A stretch of DNA of 61,439 nucleotides, filler included, from Circinaria calcarea (Eukaryota): the NCBI GenBank assembly GCA_051942165.1. It is 14 parts of 14 records of this genome, joined end to end, with 100 filler letters (N's around TTAATTAATTAA, not from the genome) between each part and the next. Parts side by side here need not be neighbours in the genome. Positions count along the whole stretch, not along the records: positions 35,232 to 39,522 come from JAVECS010002381.1; positions 39,623 to 43,910 come from JAVECS010002382.1; positions 44,011 to 48,298 come from JAVECS010002383.1; 11 more parts are not named here. The stretch is one strand, 5' to 3'. Below, in pieces: positions 35,833-48,398 of the stretch. Each line of letters starts with the position of its first letter. Position 1 is the first letter of the stretch. Position numbers and translations under genes: made by a program. The notes below the pieces were generated by a model. The model was not told where the DNA came from. It worked only from the letters and a program-made list of their open reading frames with translations, and did not search any database.

Positions 35833-38800
35833 TTACCTTTCCTCAACAAAGTCCTGCTGCATCATCCACTCCGCCACCAAGGACATGTACTCTTCTACAC
35901 ATGATAGGGAGTATGGGTGATGTGACCCTAGTACCTCCTGGTAGCTTCTACTTGCTCTTTCGTACAAAACGGATGCCTCTTGATATCGGTTCTGGCTCCG
36001 AAGCAGAGAAGCAAGAAACCAGACACTCGTCAATGTGTTCGGATGTTCGGTCCCCAGCGCCTTTTCCCTTAACGCTAATGTCCGCTGGTACATCGCCTCG
36101 GCCTCCTCGTACTTCCCTTGTTTCTCTAATACTGACGCCAGGTTATTCATGCTCATCAGCGTATCAGGATGCTCCGTCTTTAACAATTTTTCTCTTAATG
36201 CCAGCGTCCGCCTGCCCATCGCTTCTGCCTCCTCGTATTTCCCCTGAGAATATAAAACTGTCGCCAGGTTATTCATGCCTGTCAGCGTATGAGGATGCCC
36301 CGTCCCTAAATTCTTTTCTGTTGATTCCAGCGTCCGCCTGCCCATCGCCTCGGCCTCCCCGTATTTCCCTTGCTTTTTTAATACTAACACCAGGTTATTC
36401 ATGCTCATCAGCGTATCAGGATGCTCCGTCTTTAACAATTTTTCTCTTAATACCAGCGTCCGCCTGTTCATCGCCTCTGCTTCCTCGTATTTCCCCTGAT
36501 AATCTAATGTTGCCGCCAGGTTATTCATGCTTATCAGCGTATCAGGATGCTCCATCCCTAAATTTTTTTCTCTTAACGCTAGCGTCTGCCGGGTTATTAC
36601 TTCGGCTTCCTTATATTTCCCCTGCTTATTTAACGGGGACGTCAGGTTAGTCATGGTCGCCAGCGTGGCGGGATCCTCCATTCCTAATATTTTTTGCTTT
36701 AATATCACCGTCCGCCGAAATATCGCCTCAGCCTCCTCATACTTCCCCTGGCTGTCTAGTATTGCCGCCGTGAGTTCAAGGTAGGATAAGTTTTCCTCCT
36801 TTAGAACTTGACGGGAAATATTTAGTGCTTTTTGGCTTCGGGCTAAAGCCAGATCATACTTTCCTTGAGCCAATAGACAATGTGCTGTATTATAGAGAAG
36901 TAAGGCCTGTCGAGAGGAATATTGCTGCTCGGAATGCTGATATTTTAGGACTGCTTCTGCGTGCGGCAGCAATGCCACACATATCTTCCAGTTTTCATAA
37001 ATACCGATTGGAAAGGACTCCGACAGCAATTTCACGGCCTCCTTTTCCCATTTCTCTATCTCACCATGTACACGTAACCACGCTCTTGTCGCAAGCTGCA
37101 CAAGCCGATGCATTCCAAAGCATTCGCCTTCGGCTTCGGAAGTAATCAAAGCAAAGTCATTCAAGGGCGCTAACGCATCTTCAAAAACCAAACGGTTGTC
37201 ATCTTTACAAAGAAGGAACTCCGGAATTCCTTGCCGATCGAGAACACTCATGAGCGATAGAAGCTCGGCGGCTGGAGGAAATTGTTTTTTGATCTGGTCA
37301 AAAGAGATTTGCCAAGTTACGAGGACCGAATTCGGCATACCAGGATCCCTTCGAAGATCCCCCGTATCCTTCAATAATATTTCTTCGTCCTGTCGAGCAT
37401 ATGCTAAATATTTCGCGATTGTCATCCTCGTCTTTCGTGTGCTAATATAAGCTGCAGCCTGTGAAATTGCAAGTGGGAGGCCGTCTAAAGTCTCTACAAG
37501 AGCAATGGTATCATTTTCGCTTGATTTGTCATCGGGTAATCGCTTACGCAGTAGAGTTTTGGCATCTTCTTCTTCCATTAGTGGCACATCGATGACACAT
37601 TCGATTCTGTTGGTTAGCCTAAATGCTGCCTGGCTATTTCGGGAAGTGACAAGTATTGATCCTTTGGAGGTTTGGGGAAGATACATGCACAGTGGTAAAG
37701 CATATTGATTTATGGCAGTCCCGTCGGAGGTTTCTTTTCGAGGGTTGAAGAACATATCTGCGTCATCAGCGTTATCCAGCACTATAAGCCAGTAAGAACG
37801 ATTTTCGTCGATTAGCCAATCAGAGACAACCTGAAGCGTGTTGATTTTAGGATCGTTCCATCCAGGTAGATTCAACCTTCTTGCAATATCTTTGTATGCT
37901 TGATCGAATCTCTCGAAGGTACTGGCATGCACCCAGAATATGCTGCGATTTGGGTGCTTGCTTCGATACCGATAGCAGTATTCAATGGCTATCTGCGATT
38001 TACTGTGCGTGTAAAAACTATTAGCCGAATTCTGTCTTCATACGAGTGTCGAAGGCCGTACCCGACGCCTCCTATCCCGGTAAGGGCAACACGCTGCTCG
38101 GTCTCCAACTTTTCATCGATGTCGCTGATGATATCCTCTCGCCCAACGAAATGGTTGTCTCGGTTGAATGGCACCAGGAAGAGCGTTGTTTCTTTGCCTA
38201 AGCTTGCTGCATGAAAAGCATTAGCCTAATCTATTACTTCCTCATACCGCTGTAAGGTATCCACAGCTAGTAACCGCATTTCAGTGTGATTTTCAAACAC
38301 AAAGTCCTGCACCTCAGGGATTACTGATGTCTACGTACAAGCAACTCCAGACAGCGGCCGCGAAGGCGGTACGCTTAGCGAAGCAATATGCGCCCTTTCT
38401 GCTGCGGCCTTTACCGCAGACTTCACAAGCCGCCCAAGGTTGAAAGAAACTTGCTCATAATCATCGCCCTCCGCACTCTCGAACTTGCAGACTCTGGTAT
38501 GATCTGCATCTAGAGCTATCTGCCTCTCACGGAGTCCGGAGAGACCGAGAGTGGCCGATTTCTGGTCCACGATCTGCGGCTGTTAGCTCAGGCAATCTGG
38601 TAGATATATTTCAGTGCGTACAAGACCCAACCTCCCCATCGGAAGCGTTTCGAAGAAGCTCAACACATAATAATCCTCAAGTTGATGTCGGAAGTCTTCC
38701 ACAAGTGTATCAGAGAATAATGAGTCCCTTGTCAGCGCCTCCATAAACGTATTCGACGGGTTTCGAAGTAGACCTCTTGTTATAGAGGCGACGATGTCTC

Positions 38801-39377
38801 CTAGTTTCGCATAGTTGCCTCCTCGATGAGGTGTACCGAAAAATGCGATTCCGTATGTAGCTTCACGAAGAGATTTGAACGAATCGTCGAGCTTAGCTTC
38901 CACCATGGCCCGCTTAACGATAATACCCCCCAAACTGTGAGCGACAAACACGATCGGCCTTCCCTCGGCCTCTTCCCGCTTGGATACAATTCGGTCGAGC
39001 AGGTTTATAGCTTGTTCTCGAACTCCTGCGACTGAGGTCTCGAAAGCCACGTTGGCATTGTAGCCAAATAACAGAACTCGCGCAGATGGTAATTGTAGAG
39101 GTAAGAAATCTCTCAACCATAGCTTATCTTTCACTGTCCATGTTGCTTCGGCGTGGAATTCGGTGTTGGTCGGGTTGAGGCCATGTACTGCAATAATACT
39201 GATTTACACGATGGAGTTAGTACGAGGGATTCCCGAAAAGAATAATCAAGCACGACCTACTCGATATTAGGATTCTCTGGATTTACTAGCACTTTAAGGA
39301 AGTTCTTAGAAACGCGATCGGTAGTCTGTGCAAATCATTAAACATAAACGTGTAGAAGAGAAAGATTGCTTTACCAT
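35833..39377 (-). CDS. Fungal NLR: SesB/DUF676-like alpha/beta-hydrolase, NB-ARC, TPR repeats
   Basis: ATG-only first exon at 39375-39377. Hydrolase motifs DIIAVHGL, WLRDFLP, VFVAHSLGG, FFGTPHRG, DHTRVCKF. NB-ARC motifs PFNRDNHFVGRE, Walker A GIGGVG|KS (split by an intron), Walker B WLIVLDNAD, GLPLAI, MHRLVQ. 42-aa TPRs (HPDTLMSMNNLA...QGKYEEAEAM). Confidence 0.92.
36000..36780 (-). repeat. 126-nt TPR-coding tandem repeats with high internal identity
   Basis: About six 126-nt units. A roughly 60-nt stretch starting CCAGGTTATTCATGCTCATCAGCGTATCAGG is identical at 36138 and 36390 (252 nt apart). Confidence 0.9.
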
Positions 39378-39684
39378 ATTCAAAGAAGTGGTATGGCGTA
39401 TCGTCCTGGTCATATATAATACATAGCCCAATCTGCAAAAAGAAGAGGGGAAGATGGGCATACTTTAAATAAGCTGCGCGACTAGCATAAACATACACAG
39501 CGCCCGTAGCTATCAAATCCCCNNNNNNNNNNNNNNNNNNNNNNNNNNNNNNNNNNNNNNNNNNNNTTAATTAATTAANNNNNNNNNNNNNNNNNNNNNN
39601 NNNNNNNNNNNNNNNNNNNNNNCATCCAATTTTCCCAGCTCAGCTCTCTCCATCTCCCTCCATACCATACCAAAACCCCCTCCT

Positions 39685-39707
39685 CCTCTCTCTCTCTCTC
39701 TCTCTCT
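39685..39707. repeat. (CT)n microsatellite
   Basis: About 11 CT units. Confidence 0.85.
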
Positions 39708-40359
39708 TCTCACAACCCCTCCCCAAAGCCCTTCCGCGCCGCAAACGGGGGAGGGACATAAAGCCTGAGCAAGAGTGAAACCCCCCTCCCCCCTACCTAA
39801 CGCAGATGAGTGAGATTTGGGATTTGAGATTTGGGATGGATGTTTTTATTTCCCGAAACACGGTGGGGATTATGACAGGAAAGGAAAGAAAGGGAAGGGG
39901 GCCGGTTAGGAGATTTATGAGAGTTATGAGGAGTACAGACGTGCGGGATTAATATCCTTGGTCTGTGTGTTGAGTGAAGTGACGGTAAGGCGAAAAAAAG
40001 GGGAGAGGATATAGGGGTAGATTGTCTAAGATGAAGATTAGAGAGTGAATATCGAGAGGGAGTTCAGAGGATGGGTGAAGTGGGGATTCCAAGGTCCATG
40101 GAAGTCACGAAGATAGGTTTGAGAATAGATAGATAGGAGGAGAGGGTGGGCTGGGTGGAGGCGTTTGCTTTGGTAGATAGAAGAGGACTTCACGAGTTGG
40201 TAATGTTTGGCTCGAAGCCATTAATTCATCCATCTAACCGTCGACTGGTAGCCATCATGGTAACGGCGGGGACGGCACGTTGTAAACGCCCACGGCTATG
40301 CACAAGAAAAACCAACCTGCAATGCTTCCTTTCCGTAAATAAATCCCCTCTGCCGGATA

Positions 40360-42618
40360 TCAGAAATCCCTCATCACAGCAACCAAATCATCTAACCTGC
40401 CCACTTCCCCCAACAGCTTCCCCTCCCTCTCCCTCCACTCCCCCAGCGCCGTCCTCTCGTCCAAACCGAGGTACTCATCCTCCTTGCCCACGACATCCGT
40501 CCGCGCCGCCTTATCGAGAAGTGTCTGCACGGCCTCCCGCTCCACCTTGACTCTCTGCAGACACCGCGCCATGGCCTTGTACGTCTGCTCGAGGACCTTC
40601 TGTCGGCACCGCTCCGGGTCAAAGAACCAGAGAAACATGGTCCGCGACGGCTGGCGGTTGCTGTCGCGCGGGACTTCTTGGAGTTCGAGGTGGCCGCTCT
40701 CATGCATGGCGGTGAGGTAGCTACGCAGGACCTTGGAGTTCATGAGGCCGAAATTGCCGATGGCCTTTTCGTCCAGTTTGCCCTTCTCCTGGAGGATTCG
40801 GATGATCCGGAGGCCGTCGGTGGTGTAGCGGGACGTGATGATGTTTTCGAGCTCGATCAGGCGGAGTTGGCGGGAGAGCGCAGCGAAGTTGACAGACCAG
40901 CTTTCCGGTTGATTGGCCATGCGACGTATGTGACGGACGAAACGATAGGGGTGTTCTGCCAAGAGAAGAAGATTTTGACGGATGAGCTCGTTGTCCGAGG
41001 GCGACCCGGAATCTTGACCAAAATCGATCATGTCTGTAGTGTCAATACCGTTCAAGCTAGCTTCATCTTTTACCTCAATGTCATCGTCACTCAGTTTCCG
41101 ACGGCGCTTTTTGGGATGGATCAATGGGTCAATGTTATTTTTGTTAGAACTCGCATGTCCTATGCTGTTATCCCAGTCAACAGCATCTCGTAATGCGGCG
41201 TTTAGCTCTATTGTTGAGATTCCAGAGCTGTCTTCGGGGTCCTCATAGCTATCAGACTCGACAGACATATGAGAATTGATATTGCAACATCGAATGCCCT
41301 TTTCTAGTCGGGTCAAAAGCTCTGCATACAGCTGTGACGCCGCCTTTCCTATACGCTTTTCCACTAGCTCAACAAGTTTCCTATTCCTAGCTACGACGGC
41401 AAACTTTTCATAGTTGACTCGAAGAACAAGAGTGTCCTACGTATTGTCAGTCAACCTACTCTTGGCAAGACTTTCCTAGGCAATAATCCAACGTACACCC
41501 AAAGACGACGACTTATGCCCGGCTCCATAGTGACTATAGCCATTCACATAGTTGTTGGCGTCGGAGTCGGTTCGTAATCGCTTCCCCATCCTCTCATCTC
41601 CGTTTGACGTAACATCTCCCAACTGCCGCTTTCGGGACTTATCGAACTTGTCCAGGAGTTGGTTCTCAGCCTTGGTGTTGAATCTCCATTCGGCCAACTT
41701 ATTCTTCAAGGCTTGTGCGTAATCAAACTTTTCAGTACCCTTGAGAGGTCCACGATACTCGGGGTTGCGTTGCAATTCTTTCTCAGCTTCGCTCTTGTTA
41801 TCGGCTTCCGAGCGAAAGTGGGACTCGTGAACAGTTGATACATAGCCAGCCCGAATCAGGGTGTACAGAGTTGTTTGAAATGATTCAAGAGTTGGAACGT
41901 GGCTACCTTTGCTACTGGTCTTCGCAAGGCCATTAGGTAGATGTGTATCAGCATTGACCTTGGCTCCGTTCGCTCGATTAGAAATATCCTCTGAATGTAT
42001 TAGGTCGTATGCTCGAGCCAGATCCCCCACCTGAGCGTGACCAAGGAGCAGAAGATTGGAGACGAGTCCGCCAGCGAAATTCCCAAAACGGTCTTCAACG
42101 AGCTTTATCAGCTTGCCTGACCGTACCAGAGCATACGCCGAGGGCCAATTGGCTTCGTAGTAGGTAGTATCATTATCTGGGGAGGTATACCACAAAGCAA
42201 GATGCTGTTGAATAAGTACCGCGAGGCTGTGCTTCAGTTGACGAGCAGTAAGACCAGAATGGGACAGTATGACGGAGAACGGGAGACGGCCATAAGAAAC
42301 AAGTATCCCAAAGACTCGCTGCGAGAAATTAGCCTAAGGTTACTGTGATAGTGTAGGCTTATAAGAAACGCATTCTTGGAATGTGGAGCACGAGACCATT
42401 CAATCGCTTAAATTCAATCGCCAAAAATAGGGGAACTGGAATGAAGACAAGGGTTCTTACAGATGTCAAGTCGCCATATATGTCATCTACAAGGAGAAGA
42501 CATAGTTCTGTAGCATGCTATAATTTATCAAATCAGCGAGACTAGAAAATGAAGATTATACGCGAGCCTGGAGCATAATAATAATCTGCATGAGTTCAGG
42601 AATACGTACCTGAGACAT
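40360..42618 (-). CDS. RPC82: RNA polymerase III subunit RPC3/RPC82
   Basis: MSQ|HATELCLLLVDDIYGDLTS|RVFGILVSYGRL...SLAVLIQQHL; LRVNYEKF; GLRIIRILQEKGKLDEKAI...LQEVPRDSNRQPSRTMFLW. Three introns inferred. Confidence 0.92.
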
Positions 42619-42964
42619 CGTATAACATTCTCAAGAAGAGAGACCACCCCTCACAGTTTTACTTCGATTACGTCTGTTGCTGTACAAGAGATGTGTATGC
42701 TCTCAATCCGGATGACTACGAAGATGCAGCACAATAAAGCTATATCAACTTATTCATTCAATGGTGGGGCCCCGAGTCATATTGAGTGTAAGCGCGGTGC
42801 TAAGCGCTCGCTTATTTCCGCCAATGATTTTTACTGAGAGACGAAACTAGTCGGCGCGAACCTTCGCCCGGAAATCTTTCCACCAAGCTCAGTCACACTG
42901 GCCTCATCCACTGAAGATTGAAGATTGCCCGTTGGTTCTTCTTTGCTTCTTTGCATTGACAACG
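42619..42964. promoter_or_regulatory. Short bidirectional promoter region of RPC82/QCR2
   Basis: About 346 nt between divergent start codons. Contains CCAAT (about 42821) and an imperfect palindrome TAAGCG...CGCTTA (about 42789-42815). Confidence 0.6.
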
Positions 42965-43910
42965 ATGATCGCTCGGTCTTCGTTTGGCCGCATTGCGCAG
43001 CGTGCCCTTCGGAGTCAATGCCTTGGCCAGCCGAGCAACTGCCGCGGCCTGGCAGCACCAGCTTCGGGAACATTTACCTACGACACTGGTGAAGCGGCCG
43101 GAGTTAAGTTTGCAACTCGAGATACAACAAGCCCGACCACAACATTGGCAGTAATAGCCAAAGCTGGGACACGGTACCAAATCCTACCAGGCTTTGCAGA
43201 TGGTCTTCAGCAGTTCGCATTCAAGGTCAGTTTCTCAAAGGGCCTTTTTGTGGGTTCGGATGTTGTACAATTGGTTCGCTGACAGTTATCTTTATCATAA
43301 AAGGGAACTTACAAGCGATCCGCTCTAAGAATTACTCGAGAATCGGAGCTCTTAGGTGGCGAGCTATCCACATATCACTCGAGAGAGAATCTAGTATTGA
43401 CAGCGAAATTCCTACGGGACGATTTGCCGTATTTCACGGAATTACTAGGAGAAGTAATCTCAAAAACCAAATTCACACGTGCGTATAGTCGGACGGGAGC
43501 CTTCTGCATTGGCTAATCTGGTGAAAAGGTCATGAATTTCAAGAGGAGGTTCTTCCGATGATTAAACTCTCACAGAAGACGCTACTTGGCAGGCCAACTG
43601 ATCTGGCTATCAACTCAGCTCACGGTGTTGCGTTCCATCGAGGCCTTGGCACCCCTCTACACCCATCCTCTTCGACGCCCCTGACAAAGTACCTGAACGA
43701 GCAACGCCTTGAAGCTTATAGCAAGGTGGCATATGCAAAACCCAATTTTGCTGTGGTTGCGAATGGCGCAAGTCATTCGGATTTGTCAAAGTGGGTAGGC
43801 GAATTCTTTACAGACTCACCGAGTTCGCCGCCTTCTAATGTCCCTGCAATTGACACCACCCCATCCAAATACTACGGTGGCGAGGAGCGCATAGCTCATG
43901 ATGCAGGTAA
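42965..43910 (+). CDS. QCR2: Ubiquinol-cytochrome c reductase core protein 2, 3'-partial
   Basis: Mitochondrial presequence MIARSSFGRIAQRALR, AKAGTRYQ, FAFK|GTYKRSALRITRESELLGG, AHGVAFHRGLG, KYYGGEERI. Introns 43226-43303 and 43479-43528. Confidence 0.95.
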
Positions 43911-44010
43911 NNNNNNNNNNNNNNNNNNNNNNNNNNNNNNNNNNNNNNNNNNNNTTAATTAATTAANNNNNNNNNNNNNNNNNNNNNNNNNNNNNNNNNN
44001 NNNNNNNNNN

Positions 44011-44370
44011 TTTCCGGAGCTCCGCAAACGACTCGGGGCGTAACTTGACCGCAGGGGCTTGCTGCCAGGTGAATGCTTCATAGTCGCCGTGATCGCCCAC
44101 CATTAACCATTTGAGGGCCAACATTCCACGGACGGTGCGGTTGACCTCGACATAATCTCCACCAAAGAGTCGCTGCGAGGGTGAAGCATTCTCGTTGCCG
44201 GAGACCTCTGCTGTGTCCGTGGGACTGGATTCCGCAGTCGGGTATGCATTTTTCAACTGTTCGAGTTCTGGCCCGAAAGCCTCACCGAATATCTCGATGG
44301 CTTCCGGATCGGACAGGTCAAAGAATTTGTTCTCGAGAATACAAGTCCGAATCCTTAGAGTTCGCTTCAT
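44011..44370 (-). CDS. Fungal hypothetical protein, N-terminus, 3'-partial
   Basis: Frame open to the contig end: MKRTLRIRTCILENKFF...ELEQLKNA...SPSQRLFGGDYVEVNRTVRGMLALKW...KLRPESFAELR. Confidence 0.6.
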
Positions 44371-45152
44371 GGTTGCAAAAGAGCAGCCGCTTCGCAGTGC
44401 AATGGAATAGGTTGTAGAATATGGGAATTCCAAGAAATCCTCTAGGGACCTAACATGACCATATAGTAGACGATGAGAGTTGACCCTTATCCATTTGAGG
44501 CCTGTGAAGGGGGGGGGTGGCTGAACGATGAATAGTGTAGGACCGAACAGGCCGGAGAGGGGCTATGCAGTCTGTCTTCTTTGTTAGGCGCATCGAGTGG
44601 CAGATTGGTCCAACGACTGCCTATGTTATTCAAGTGTTGCGTCTAATCCGGTTTGAATGAATTTGGCAGAATGTCAGCAGCGACAATGAAGGAATTGAAG
44701 CTGAAAATATCGCCACTCAGAAGGTGAGCTGCTCTGAGCTGTTCTGGTAAGCACGAGACCGTGAGGTTCTAGTAAGGCTCAGCCGCGGGGGGCCTAAGGA
44801 AGAGAAGCAGAGGGGACTCCTCCCTCTCAAACATGGCTACAGTTACCTGGACGAGTGATACATATACCGGTAGTAGGAATTAACTCCAACATGTACAATT
44901 TATTGATTACGGCTGCCAGAGCAAAGAAACCACTACTCCATACCGGATAATGGATTAACTTTCACGTGGCCCCCGAGGTCTTTAGGCGGTTGATCACCTA
45001 TGGTATGACGTAACACGCAAACTCCTCGACTGGATTTCCGGCGGCCCGTTGGAGCTACACAAAGCGTCTTTGGCTACTCTCAGACTCAATCCATTCAGCA
45101 TCTTCTGCTATTGTTCATATCTCCAAACTTAAACATACTCAAAGCAGTCATA

Positions 45153-45789
45153 ATGTCTTTTCTCTACCGATCATCCGCCATTGCAGTCCGTTCGGCCCGC
45201 CTCGCTCCTCGAGCTGCCTTTTCGACTTCGGTCCGCTCTCAGAAATCAGCAACTGACGCGGTTAAAGATACCCTCAAGAATGTTGATAGAACTATCTCCG
45301 ATGTGGCCGTAAGCGGTATCGAGACAGGCGGTACGTGCTAAACCTATCTCGATCAATGGCAAGAAAACACGTCAGACACGCCTTTCCTAAGAGTAGTCTA
45401 CGGGATGGCTATGCATACCGTACCTCACAGACGGACATGGAGATCACACCCAGCTCAGGATCATACGAACAGTTGCTGACCTTATCATTGCAGAAGCCGC
45501 AACCGCCAAAGTCAAGGAAGTCGTTGGGGTCAATACTTCAAAGATGGAAGGATCCGCTTCGGAGTTGACTGGAGAAGGCAAAGGAAAGGCAAAGGAGATG
45601 AGCGGAGAAGTCAAGGGGAAAGCACAGGAGATGATGAGTGAAGCTAAAGGGAAGGCGCAGGAAATGAGCGGAGCCACTTCAGGGACAACTGGAGAAGTCA
45701 AAGGAAAAGCGCATGAGATGGCTGGTCAGGCGAAAGGCAAGGCATCTGAACTTACGGGCGAGGCCAAGAGCAAGACCGGCATGAGATAG
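45153..45789 (+). CDS. Mitochondria-targeted LEA-like protein (11-mer repeats)
   Basis: Presequence MSFLYRSSAIAVRSARLAPRAAFSTSVR; intron 45331-45493; 11-aa repeats GEVKGKAQEMM / SEAKGKAQEMS / GQAKGKASELT. Confidence 0.85.
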
Positions 45790-46770
45790 TTCCTCGGAGG
45801 GTGCCTCGAACCTCTTAGTTGGTTTTGCAAGGTCTATGGTTGCTTATGGTGAGTTTTTGGAAGGGAGCGGCTGAACAGCACAAGCGTGTGTTTTTGTAAG
45901 TTAGCGAACGAAATGAAGCACTGCTACGTTCTTGTGATACAAATTTCTCGAGCCATTGCTCCTTGGCTACCTAGTCGATAGTCTGACTAAAACGCACAGC
46001 CCAAACAAGCGGATCTCAAGTGGAGGTCTTTGCCACCTTGAAGCCTTTCAGGCATTTGTCGACTGCACCTGTTATGCCAGACATGGTGGCAAGCACACGA
46101 AAAATTACCTGCATGGCATCGTAGGTTTGGATGACCGTCTACCTAAGGCCGTCCGGGATCATCAGATCTACTCAGGCAAACAAATAGTATAACGACATTC
46201 ACAATATTTCAGATACTCATTACTCAACACGAGTTCGCAACCCCAAAGCAATATATAAGAGAAACCCAACTAGATGGCCAAACCCCTGAAGCGCTGCTAT
46301 CCAGTATGTTGTCTCGCCACATGAATTTCCCCAACCTCATCTTGGCACTTCCAAGCCAGGGGGTAAGTCGGCGTCTTGTAGTCATTCCTTCTACCCTCCA
46401 CTTTCCCCTCCGAGACTACCCATAGACGCCCAAATGGCGGGAAAAGCCAGAGTGAATATGAAGGGATACGTTTTATGATGGAGAAGAAAGAAAAGCAAAG
46501 CAGAGAGGTGAATACTGATAGGCCGCAAGGAGGGAGCTAGACTGGTTGCGGACTAGAGGGCGACTGTGATGAGGGGTCTAGCCAACACAGAAAGTGGCAT
46601 GTCCCTTTGTTGAAGCAGAGTCACCTCGAGAGGATCATTCGTAGTGTTCACCCTTTGCTTGACCAACTTTCATTTACCATTCTTACAACCACACAGCCTT
46701 AACTTTATCGCTAGCTGCAACGAGAACTCCTTCAGGTTGTCCACGAGTCTTTGAGAAATTCTCTGCAACC

Positions 46771-47658
46771 ATGCCACCCCCCGGAGGAAGAGGACGTGGT
46801 GGGAAGTTCAGCAAACCAACTCGAGGAGGTATTGTGATACAAAATCACCAAATTGACACTCTCTAACTCGATCGTTGCAGGTGGGAAGAAATTCAGCAAG
46901 AACCTAACACCCCTCGACGCAGATGGCAACCCTGTTGGCATGTGGGGCGTATGTCAAAACTCTTTCCTTAACAATCCTTCAGCCTGACACCATTTTCGGT
47001 CTAGGATGCCCGCGAGGCTGCCAAAGGAGAACCATCCTCAGAGGAAGAATCCTCGGAAGAAGAGGAAACCTCGTCCGAGGAGGAAGACTCCTCCAAACCC
47101 GCCTTAACCCGCGAACAACGCCGCCAAGCCGCCAAAGCAAAGAAAGAGGCCGCCATCAAACGCAAAACGCAAAAAGCGGCGGCCCCCGGCGATCTTCCCT
47201 CCTCCTCCGAGGAAGAAGAAGAAGAAGAAGAAGAAGACTCTGATGACATTGCCCCCGCGAACCCTAACCATACCGCTAAATCCCGCTCTCAAGCCTCGGC
47301 TGCCCCTCTCGACCCTGCCGCTGCCCCCACCAAATCCAGTTCCTCAAAACAGACACCCCTCTCGCAACTCTCCCGCCGCGAGCGCGAAGCCCTCCAAGCC
47401 CAACAGGCAAAAGAGCGGTATCAGAAAATGCATGCCGAGGGAAAGACTGATGAGGCCAAGGCTGATTTGGCGAGACTGTCGCTGATCAAAGAGAAGAGGG
47501 AGGTCGAGGCCGCACGGAAGAAAGCGGAAAAAGAAGAGCGGGAAGCGCAGGAGAAGGCCCGACTGAACGAGATGGACGAGAAGGAGCGGAAGAAGAGGGA
47601 AGCGGCCATGGGGGGAGGGGAGAAAGCCGGGGCAAAGGGAGGAAAGAAGAAGGCTTGA
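46771..47658 (+). CDS. PDAP1/PP28 (casein kinase substrate phosphoprotein) family protein
   Basis: [25 protein letters not shown]; acidic tract; LSRREREAL...[24 protein letters not shown]. Introns 46829-46880 and 46949-47004. Confidence 0.9.
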
Positions 47659-48398
47659 GATGTTCTAATCTATACGGGAGCGTAGTTTGTAGTCTGAGAC
47701 TCGGGCTACCTTGTACATGCCCTCCCCCTCTCTCTGTGGCATGCAATAGATTTTCTCGAGATTTTTGATCCTCTACGTGTAGGATGCTTTTCGTGTTATG
47801 GTAAAGATGTGCAAGTTTGCCTAGTTAATTGGCTGGCCTCGCGGTGTTGGTGCCCTTTTTATTTTTTGAAAAAAAAAACTAGTACCAGTCTCCCTAAAGC
47901 CCCTTTTGTCTACCAACTATAGTTCCCTCTCCCCCTCAAACCCCCTCAAAACCCCCAGACCAGACTAAATCTCACCTTATTTATCAAAATCAAAAAATCC
48001 ACAAGATCCAAACGCCCCCGCTAGCCGCTAGCCAGCGGTTCTAATCATAATCATGGATTCGAATGATTTGAGATCTTCTATCTCTATCGCTGTGCCCTGT
48101 GCCTTCCCATTTCCTTTCTTTTTCCTTTTCCTTTTCCTTTTACGGAGTGTGGTGAGTAGAAGGAATTGGGGGATGGGCGGATGGGTGAATGGTGAATGGG
48201 CGGATGGGCGAAGAGTGATGGAATGGGCGCGTTGTGATCTGTGGTCTGTGTTCTGTGAGTAGAAGGAATTTGGGGGATGAGGAATGAGGGATGGGGAANN
48301 NNNNNNNNNNNNNNNNNNNNNNNNNNNNNNNNNNNNNNNNNNTTAATTAATTAANNNNNNNNNNNNNNNNNNNNNNNNNNNNNNNNNNNNNNNNNNNN

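Noticed and set aside
35901..36784. Repetitive + strand ORFs (PGYSCSSAYQDAPSL)
   Set aside because: Antisense shadows of the TPR repeats.
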